From an uncultured Bacteroides sp. (GTDB taxonomy: Bacteria; Bacteroidota; Bacteroidia; Bacteroidales; GCA-2748055): a stretch of 64,000 bases of DNA. Location of the stretch: assembly GCA_964500835.1 (NCBI GenBank), contig CAZCQL010000014.1, forward strand, positions 3,029 to 67,028, written 5' to 3'. The translations under genes and the position numbers were made by a program. Of the stretch, positions 46,001-53,052 are shown in pieces; position 1 is the first letter of the stretch, and the number at the start of each line of letters is the position of its first letter. The notes beneath the pieces are model-generated. The model had not been told where the DNA came from and made no database searches. It was given only the letters and a program-made list of their open reading frames with translations.

Positions 46001-46339
46001 ATATAGTTTATCGCACCAAGCGTTTCAATGACCAGAATGGGCTTTCATTTGTATTATTTGATCCGTTTGAAGGGCTACAATGAGAAGTCCAGAAACTGGT
46101 GGTACGCGGTCCGGGCAAATTATAAAAAAAGAAGTGGATGTAATGAAGCTGAAAATCGTGAAAATGATTTTTTGTTTCAATGTCTCCGGAGTATTAAATG
46201 TGCATTGACAAATAATTTCTGCCAGGGGAAGGCACACCAACTTCTGAAAAGTTTTTCGATAGAATTTCCGTTATATAATAATAGGGCCCTTGTTGGGACA
46301 ATAAAAGAAAAGTCAGTAACTTTTCGCAGCTGCAGAACA

Positions 46340-46474
46340 CAACTAGCCATTGGAAGGATGGGGAAACCGGAAGAAATAGGTTCATTGGCACTCTACCTTT
46401 GCTCAGATGAAGCATCATTTATTACGGGAAGCTGCATTTCCATTAATGGCGGATTTATTACCTTGAACACTTAA
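46340..46474 (+). pseudogene. 3'-terminal remnant of a short-chain dehydrogenase/reductase (SDR) gene
   Basis: LAIGRMGKPEEIGSLALYLCSDEASFITGSCISINGG is the canonical SDR C-terminus (p.gR.g.peEia..v.fLaSdeAsfitGq...vdGG). The preceding ~100 codons of ORF 46028..46474 have no SDR features: no TGxxxGxG and no YxxxK. Confidence 0.55.
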
Positions 46475-46492
46475 ACAGTAGAAAGAGATAGT

Positions 46493-46603
46493 ATGAAACT
46501 TAGTAGATTAGGTATCCCTGGAAACGAAAAACCAGGCAAAGAGATCCAATTGGGGATTGATCGTCTTGGGACCTCAAAACAAACTGTAAAATTGTGGTCC
46601 TGA
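46493..46603 (+). pseudogene. Possible 5'-terminal remnant of a fumarylacetoacetate-hydrolase (FAH) family gene
   Basis: The 36-codon ORF MKLSRLGIPGNEKPGKEIQLGIDRLGTSKQTVKLWS* resembles the conserved FAH-family N-terminus (MKL.R.G.pG.EkPG....dg...dls). It starts 18 nt after the SDR remnant. Short, so tentative. Confidence 0.4.
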
Positions 46604-46640
46604 AAAAACTGATGCCGTCATGTAAATAACGTTACCTCAT

Positions 46641-47915
46641 ATGAATGCAACAACAAAAAAATCCTTTCTGAGGAGAATATGGTATATGATGCTCGCTGTG
46701 GGTCCGGGTTTCTTCGCAATTGGCTATACCATTGGGACGGGCAGTGTAACCTCCATGGCAAAAGCAGGCAGTGAATTCGGCACCCAGCTGATGTGGGTGC
46801 TCGCACTGAGTGTGTTTTTCTCATGGGTGATGATGGAAGCATACGGCCGTTATGCAGTGGTAACAGGAGGGACAGCCATGCACGGCATCAGGGGTAAGAT
46901 CAAATTCGGCAATACCTTGGCCATCGCTATTATCATAGGCTGTGTTATGGCCCAATGGACCTGCCTGTCGGGGATCATTGGCCTCACATCCAACGCTATA
47001 TATGAATTGATCCACATCTTTTTTCCCAGCACATCCTCAACCAGCTACTGGGCCGTGCTGGGTATAGCGATTGTCATGACGCTTATTTTATACGGAATAC
47101 TGCTGCTGGGGGATTATTCATTGTTCGAAAAGATCCTTGTGATATTTGTAACCGTAATGGGTATATCATTTATTGTTTCCATGTTTATCGTTCTCCCGGA
47201 ACCCGGAGAAATATTGAGGGGATTTATACCCTCCATACCCAGTGTACCAGGGGGGAAGCTACTGGTCGCAGCCTTTGTTGGAACCACCATGGCAGCCCCT
47301 GTGTTTGTTACAAGACCCCTGTTTATTAAAGGAAAAGGATGGGGAAAAGAAAACACCAGGGAACAGAGCAGAGATGCCATTGTTTCAGCCATCCTGATGT
47401 TTGTTGTCAGCGGTTCAATTATAATAGCTGCCACCGGCGCCCTGTATCACGAAGGGAAAGTGATCAACAAAGTACTGGACATGGTGTATACCCTCGAACC
47501 TGTGGCCGGAAAATTCGCGGTTGCTCTATTCATGGTAGGCACCCTTAGTGCAGGTATATCCTCCATCTTTCCTATACTTATGGTAGCCCCGCTTTTAATA
47601 GCCGATTATCGCAAAGGTGTGCTCGATACCAAATCCGGTCAATTCAAGGTTGTCACTGCTATTGCCGCCCTGATAGGACTTACAGTCCCCATCCTGGGAT
47701 CTAATCCCATTGTGGCTCAAATCACTACTCAGGTATCCGGTGTTTTCGTTCTCCCGCTGGCGGTTGCAGGCATAGCCCTGCTGGTTAACCGAAAGGAAAT
47801 GGGCATTCACCGTGCAGGCATCGGCTTGAATGCAGGCATGCTGGCTGCCTTTCTGTTTTCCTGCTTCATGTTTTATACGGGAATTTCTGCTTTAATAGAT
47901 TTGTTTGGAAAATAA
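46641..47915 (+). CDS. Nramp-fold (PF01566-like) membrane transporter lacking the DPGN metal-binding motif
   Basis: 424 aa and polytopic. TM1 GPGFFAIGYTIGTGSVTSMAKAGSEFGTQLMWVLALS aligns with Nramp GPG...S.AY.DPGN....Q.GA.fGy.LLWVLL., but DPGN is replaced by IGTG. Confidence 0.85.
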   Translation: MNATTKKSFLRRIWYMMLAVGPGFFAIGYTIGTGSVTSMAKAGSEFGTQLMWVLALSVFFSWVMMEAYGRYAVVTGGTAMHGIRGKIKFGNTLAIAIIIGCVMAQWTCLSGIIGLTSNAIYELIHIFFPSTSSTSYWAVLGIAIVMTLILYGILLLGDYSLFEKILVIFVTVMGISFIVSMFIVLPEPGEILRGFIPSIPSVPGGKLLVAAFVGTTMAAPVFVTRPLFIKGKGWGKENTREQSRDAIVSAILMFVVSGSIIIAATGALYHEGKVINKVLDMVYTLEPVAGKFAVALFMVGTLSAGISSIFPILMVAPLLIADYRKGVLDTKSGQFKVVTAIAALIGLTVPILGSNPIVAQITTQVSGVFVLPLAVAGIALLVNRKEMGIHRAGIGLNAGMLAAFLFSCFMFYTGISALIDLFGK

Positions 47916-47921
47916 GATGAG

Positions 47922-48695
47922 ATGAAGATGATTCAAGAATTTAAAAAGAAACTAAGTGATGGCGAAACGGTATTCGGGCCATTCATGAAAACCTCGGATG
48001 CTGCCTTCGTGGAGATCACAGGTCATGCCGGATTTGATTTTGTGATCCTGGATATGGAACATGCCCCTTTCACCTATGCCAATCTTCAGAACCTGGTCAT
48101 GGCCGCTGAGCTATCCGGAACCCTGCCTGTAGTCAGGGCCCAGAATTCGAACGATATATTTATTTCCAAAGCCCTTGATATTGGGGCATTGGCAGTTCAG
48201 GTTCCCCATATTACAAATGCCGCCGAAGCGGAATCATCTATTTCTGCGGCGAAATTCCATCCTTCGGGTCAGAGAGGAATGGACCCGTTCGTAAGGGCAG
48301 CTTCCTATTCATCGATCCCGCGTGATACATATTTTTCACAGGCCAACGAAACCTTGGTTATCCTGCAACTGGAGGGCAAGGAGGCCATTGACAATCTGGA
48401 TGAGATCATGGATGTAGCCGGAGTTGATATCCTTTTTATCGGGCCCTACGATCTTTCCCAATCCATGGGTGTACCCGGACAGGTTTCTCATCCCAGCGTC
48501 ATCGGGCACATGGAAACTATTGTAACCCGCGCAAAAGAACGAGGAATTGTGGTCGGCACTTTTAGCGATACCCTTGAATCGGCCAGGATGTGGCAAGATG
48601 CCGGGATCCAATATATTTCCTATGGAGTGGATGTCTTTCTATTTAAAAATGCCTGCAACAGCCTGCTGAAGCAACTGCACACTCCCCATAAGTAG
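47922..48695 (+). CDS. HpcH/HpaI-family 2-keto-3-deoxy-sugar-acid aldolase (2-keto-3-deoxy-L-rhamnonate aldolase-like), cytoplasmic
   Basis: FKKKLSDGETVFGPFMKTSDAAFVEITGHAGFDFVILDMEHAP...VVR...ALDIGA..VQVPH...AEAE..I.A.KF.P.G.RG...LQLEGKEAIDNLDEIMDV.GVD.LFIGPYDLS parallels E. coli RhmA/HpcH block for block. No signal peptide. Confidence 0.88.
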   Translation: MKMIQEFKKKLSDGETVFGPFMKTSDAAFVEITGHAGFDFVILDMEHAPFTYANLQNLVMAAELSGTLPVVRAQNSNDIFISKALDIGALAVQVPHITNAAEAESSISAAKFHPSGQRGMDPFVRAASYSSIPRDTYFSQANETLVILQLEGKEAIDNLDEIMDVAGVDILFIGPYDLSQSMGVPGQVSHPSVIGHMETIVTRAKERGIVVGTFSDTLESARMWQDAGIQYISYGVDVFLFKNACNSLLKQLHTPHK

Positions 48696-48841
48696 AATTC
48701 TAAGGAAGATCTGACAGATCCGGGCAAGATTTTTGAATTGTTGAATCGATGATTCTTCGCTGCTTGCCGCGGGGAACGTCAATATGCCTCGTTCCTTAAG
48801 GACACCTTTTTCCGTTGGCAGCCAATTTTTCTTTCATCGGT

Positions 48842-50137
48842 CTATACCTCTAATTCAAAGCCGAATCCCGGACGATCGGGGGGAACCATGTAGATGCCTT
48901 CCGGGCCTTTTGTAATTCCATTTTCCTTGGCATACATTTCATAGACTTCATTGGGACCACCGGGAGCCGGCATGAACATTTCGCACCAGGGACTATTTGG
49001 AGTGGCCATAATAAAATGGGGAGCCCCATCTCTCCATCCGCCATGGGGAATTACCGGGATACCATGAGCTGCAGCCATGGCTCCAATTCTGCGTAATTCG
49101 CTGAGTCCCCCACACCATTCCATATCAGGTTGCCAGATTTTGGCACCCTCATAGTCAAGCAACAACTGGAAACCATAGCGGGTATATTCGTGTTCCCCGG
49201 TTACGATCCTTGTGGAGGTGATTCCTTTATTCAGGCGGCCATATCCGGCGTATTCATCAGGGGGCAGACACTCTTCCATCCAATATACCCGGTAGGGTTC
49301 AAGCATCCTGGCAAATTCAAAGGTATAGTCTTCTGTAAATGCCATCCAGCAATCCAGCATGATCTCCCCATCAGGGCCCAACAAGTTTCTGGCCCTTTCT
49401 ACCAGTTCGATATTTTTTCTCATCCCTTCTCTGCCATCAGCAGGACCATAAGGTATGGCAAGTTTTAATTTTGTAAAACCAAATTCGACATGTTGCTCCA
49501 AATCATTCCCTGTACAATAGGCAGGGATCCGCTCTTTGGTTTTGCCTCCCAGCAATTGGTATACCGGCGTTCCCAGAGCCTTTCCGATCAGATCCCAGAG
49601 TGCATTGTCCACGGCACTGATAGCATGAACGGCGATCCCCTTTCTTCCATAAGACAGGGTTGACCTCCACATGATGTCCCAAAGCCGCTCCACGTTAAAG
49701 GGATCTTCCCCGATCAGTAATTTGGTCAGGTGATTTTCGATCACAAAACCTGCACCTGGTCCCCCAAAGCCAATACCCGAGACTCCCTTGTCAGTCATAA
49801 TTTGTACAGTGGAAAGACCCTGATTACCGGCCATAAATAAGGCCCTGTATGCTTTATATTCCGGGTAAATTGACATGGGATTAGCCACTTCCACCCTGCC
49901 TGTAGACCAGGAACCTTCAGCCGGCTTGTACTCAGGCCAGGGTTTTTTCCTTTTGGGACTGACCATCTTTACCTCAGTGATTTTCAGTTTACTTTTCACC
50001 TCTCTGAAGGGCAAAGGTGGAAGGCTGATCTCAGCCGTAGCAGGCGATACGTGTGTTTCTGCATGGATCTGGCCAAATGGCATTAAGATGGCGGGAGCTG
50101 TGAGTGCCCCGGCCTTAATAAAATGACGTCGTTTCAT
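48842..50137 (-). CDS. rhmD: Enolase-superfamily L-rhamnonate dehydratase homolog with N-terminal Tat signal
   Basis: Blocks shared with E. coli RhmD/YfaW as I recall it: ISAVDNALWDLIGKALGTPVYQLLGG, MLDCWM, WMEECLPPDEYAGY, TGEHEYT, QPDMEWCGGL, DRPGFGFEL. These are preceded by MKRRHFIKAGALTAPAILMPFGQIHA. Confidence 0.9.
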   Translation of the reverse strand: MKRRHFIKAGALTAPAILMPFGQIHAETHVSPATAEISLPPLPFREVKSKLKITEVKMVSPKRKKPWPEYKPAEGSWSTGRVEVANPMSIYPEYKAYRALFMAGNQGLSTVQIMTDKGVSGIGFGGPGAGFVIENHLTKLLIGEDPFNVERLWDIMWRSTLSYGRKGIAVHAISAVDNALWDLIGKALGTPVYQLLGGKTKERIPAYCTGNDLEQHVEFGFTKLKLAIPYGPADGREGMRKNIELVERARNLLGPDGEIMLDCWMAFTEDYTFEFARMLEPYRVYWMEECLPPDEYAGYGRLNKGITSTRIVTGEHEYTRYGFQLLLDYEGAKIWQPDMEWCGGLSELRRIGAMAAAHGIPVIPHGGWRDGAPHFIMATPNSPWCEMFMPAPGGPNEVYEMYAKENGITKGPEGIYMVPPDRPGFGFELEV

Positions 50138-50155
50138 AAGAGCTTTTTAATTAGT

Positions 50156-50332
50156 TTATTTGCTATAGTTAAGGAGGCCGAACCATTCCTGGTACGAAGT
50201 GGCAGGCATATCAATCTCCATGGGATCTTACATGTTTTCACACTTTAGGTGGACTGCTTTCAGGGTTGTCTCTTCGGGAGCAGCAGAGAGAGTTGCTGCA
50301 ATGCAAAATGAGGTAGCCACGAGGGTGTTCAT
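50156..50332 (-). pseudogene. 5' remnant of a fourth GH78 rhamnosidase gene with an in-frame nonsense codon
   Basis: MNTLVATSFCIAATLSAAPEETTLKAVHLKCENM*DPMEIDMPATSYQEW... parallels the N-terminus of GH78 copy 2 (VVNLKCEYMKNPMGVDMSDPRFYW). A TAA sits where copy 2 has Lys. The reading frame ends after ~58 codons. Confidence 0.5.
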
Positions 50333-50455
50333 TTCAAACGTTTATTCATGGTTAAAGCTAATGATTATTTAACTCAAGTTCTGTCCACAGCAGTTATTGC
50401 AACTGACAATGATACCAATACAATGGTCAACAGGATAGTTCTGCTGATTCTCATG

Positions 50456-52612
50456 CTACTTAGCTGATAGTGCCCAGTTCACTGTACCTATGGTGATGAG
50501 CTGTACCTGCCCCTTATCATCCACCAGGTAATGAATAGGTACAATACCCTCTCCTATCTGGGCATAACTGTCCATCATCACTTCACCATCCTCTACAGGG
50601 ACATCAATCCTGCCCTTATAGCTCAGTGTTTGATTTGGGCGTAGTGCAGAATCATCAAGCATATCAAACACCAGGGGAGCTTCTTTAATGCTTCCGGAGG
50701 CCAGAAGCGGCAAAAGCGCCCAACGATGAATAAGGGGATGAGAAGTGGTCATCTGCCGGGACCAAGACTTTGCTTCGACATTCATCGTTGTCCCGTCCCA
50801 TTGGCCAACTTCAATGAACGTTACATGATCCCTGTCCTCTACCTGAGACTCCAGTGTCCATTGAGTTGTGGTGTTATTCTCTCCTGTTAACTGCATGGTT
50901 GTCTTGACTATACTGCCGGGGGCTGCAACTGTTCCTCTGCCATTGCGCATTTCAATGGTCTGGCATTGCCTATCATTAAAGGTTACATCCATAGAACCCA
51001 TGGGGGTGTTTTTTGACTTTTCAGCAGCACCCATCCATGCAACAAGTAAGTAATGTGCTGTAAAATCACCGTTCATGTTTTCTCCTGACAAAGGAGTGAA
51101 GGTCGATAGATAGCCGGTAACCGGCTCAATGGCACAGGGTTCTACATACGAATTCACCAGGGAACGATCAATCTTCTTTCTGTATCTGGCTTTGGCATTC
51201 CGGTTAACAGGTGTTGGCACAGAGGTCTTTTTTGATGATTTACCCTCCATGGCCTTCTTAAAGTCAGCGTAATATTTCAAATAAACTTCATGTTCCTTGT
51301 CCTTCTCCTCGGGCTCATAAATCTCAATCTTGTGTAAGTATTCGAAAAGAAACTCCTCATGCCTCGCCATCACTGCCGTGCCGTCAGGCCCGGACGAAAG
51401 ATTATTCATCTCCAAGGGGTCATTTTTCAGGTTATAGACCTTTGTTGGCTTGCCATCGCAATAGAAAATCGTCTTGTATTGTTTGTCGCGCACTGCCACC
51501 TGTCCTCCCCCAAGGAAGGATTCACCCACAATATATTGGCGCCAATCATTAACTTTCTTTCCTTCTGCAATCGGACGCAAACTCTTGCCAACTGTCATAT
51601 TCGGCAGCATAGGGACCTGGGCATAGTCGCAAATCGTTGCTGCCAGATCAACACCAATTGTAAGGTGCGCATCATCCTGTATACCTTTCAAGGCCTTGCC
51701 CGGATCCACAATGATTGTCGGCACCCGCCATGCTTCTTCTTCCATATATCCTTTGCTAACCTTACCGTGAAAACCCAGTCCGTCTCCGTGGTCAGCAGTA
51801 AAAATTACAACAGTGTTTTCGGCAAAGCGTGAGTTCATCAAAGCATCGTAAAGGCTGGCTATCTCAGCATCCACCATCTCAACCCAACGATAATAGGTGT
51901 ATATGTAATAGCGCCAGTCAAGTTCTGTCCAGTCACCGGTAAATCCCCATGGTTTATCCGCCTTTACCCAGTTCTCGGGCAGCGGGGGCAACCGGTCTTC
52001 AATCTCTTTGGCAAAACGTATCTTGCCCTGACCTCCTGCAGCACCGCATGAGTAACAACAATCATGTGGGTTGAGGAATCCTGCATTTAAAAAGAACGGT
52101 TCATCGCCGATGTAGTTTTCAAGGAAACCCATACATGCACGTGCCACATTTCCATCAATATATTCCCCTTTGCCTATTGGCTTACCGTAAAGCAAATCAA
52201 AGCTCTTGGTCACATCCCTGCCATTCACATGCCACTTGCCGGAGTAAGCAGATGTATAGTTGCCGTGCTTCGTGAGCCACTGGCCGAGGTCAGGGATGTC
52301 CTCACGCAGTTTGTTGCTGTTGGTTGGCATACCTGTTTCACACGATGTAAGTCCGGTGTACCAGCATGCCCGGGCCGGACAGCACTGCGGCATGGAGGCG
52401 TAGCTGGCACGAAATGAATAGCCATCACCGGCTAATTTATCCATTGCAGGGGTTTTAACATATGGGTTGCCATAGGCAGACATAGCCTCCCAGTGCATCT
52501 GGTCAACATGGATAAAAAGAATATTGGGGCGTTCTTTAGGAGAAGTCATGCCAAGGCATGAAACACAAATTTGGACCAATAAAAGCGTTACCGTCGATTT
52601 AAAAGTTTTCAT
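50456..52612 (-). CDS. S1-family sulfatase with ~260-aa C-terminal domain of unknown function
   Basis: Start taken at MKTFKSTVTLLLVQICVSC (ATG at 52612). NILFIHVDQ and active-site C-C-P-A-R-A-C-W-Y-T-G. After ~aa 470 comes a non-sulfatase extension. Confidence 0.9.
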   Translation of the reverse strand: MKTFKSTVTLLLVQICVSCLGMTSPKERPNILFIHVDQMHWEAMSAYGNPYVKTPAMDKLAGDGYSFRASYASMPQCCPARACWYTGLTSCETGMPTNSNKLREDIPDLGQWLTKHGNYTSAYSGKWHVNGRDVTKSFDLLYGKPIGKGEYIDGNVARACMGFLENYIGDEPFFLNAGFLNPHDCCYSCGAAGGQGKIRFAKEIEDRLPPLPENWVKADKPWGFTGDWTELDWRYYIYTYYRWVEMVDAEIASLYDALMNSRFAENTVVIFTADHGDGLGFHGKVSKGYMEEEAWRVPTIIVDPGKALKGIQDDAHLTIGVDLAATICDYAQVPMLPNMTVGKSLRPIAEGKKVNDWRQYIVGESFLGGGQVAVRDKQYKTIFYCDGKPTKVYNLKNDPLEMNNLSSGPDGTAVMARHEEFLFEYLHKIEIYEPEEKDKEHEVYLKYYADFKKAMEGKSSKKTSVPTPVNRNAKARYRKKIDRSLVNSYVEPCAIEPVTGYLSTFTPLSGENMNGDFTAHYLLVAWMGAAEKSKNTPMGSMDVTFNDRQCQTIEMRNGRGTVAAPGSIVKTTMQLTGENNTTTQWTLESQVEDRDHVTFIEVGQWDGTTMNVEAKSWSRQMTTSHPLIHRWALLPLLASGSIKEAPLVFDMLDDSALRPNQTLSYKGRIDVPVEDGEVMMDSYAQIGEGIVPIHYLVDDKGQVQLITIGTVNWALSAK

Positions 52613-52662
52613 TTTTTTTTGAAATATAGTTATTGCCATTGGTAATTTGATGTCCTGCTGCT

Positions 52663-53052
52663 TTAATTTCTTCCAGTTTCTGTTTCATCTTGTTTACGAT
52701 CTCCCTGTCCTTCAATGTATACCCATTTGCCTATTCGGATAGAAAGTGCATTAACGCCCCCGCTGGAAAAGACCAGGGGACGTTCCGGGTCGGGCAGCAC
52801 TGTAAAAGTTTCTCGCTTTTGATGAAGATCTTTGTCATTTCTGTTGCTGCATTCCAGACTCCAGTTGAAGTCTCCCTTTTTTGAAGATGCATAGCGCGCT
52901 TTCCATGTATTACCACCCGCCCAAAATGCGGGCACGTTTTGCGACACTTCAGCCTGAATCAATACTTCGGAACCAGATTGTGCAAACCCGGTTGAACCCA
53001 TTACTACTGACAATGTGAAAGGTAATATTCTATTCATATTCAAGTGTTTCAT
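52663..53052 (-). pseudogene. Short secreted ORF: partial DUF5060-like domain, possibly fused to a sulfatase C-terminal scrap
   Basis: A signal peptide is followed by NVPAFWAGGNTWKARYASSKKGDFNWSL...QKRETFTV. This is clearly paralogous to KIPAFWDGGNTWKVRFAPPETGSYTYRV...KKQSLNV of the upstream 743-aa protein. The tail PLVFSSGGVNALSIRIGKWVYIEG resembles sulfatase C-terminal strands. Its ATG overlaps the upstream stop (ATGA at 53049..53052). It could still be expressed. Confidence 0.45.

Noticed and set aside
46028-46474. The 148-aa ORF taken as a full-length gene.
   Set aside because: Only the last ~45 residues look like anything (an SDR C-terminus). The first ~100 codons lack SDR motifs and overlap the upstream spacer, so it is treated as a 3' remnant instead.
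52612-52620. A T9 (A-run on the coding strand) at the 5' end of the sulfatase gene, considered as a phase-variation tract.
   Set aside because: The run lies upstream of, or at, the probable true start (MKTFKS...). Length changes would only affect a dubious 9-codon N-terminal extension, so no on/off switch is predicted.
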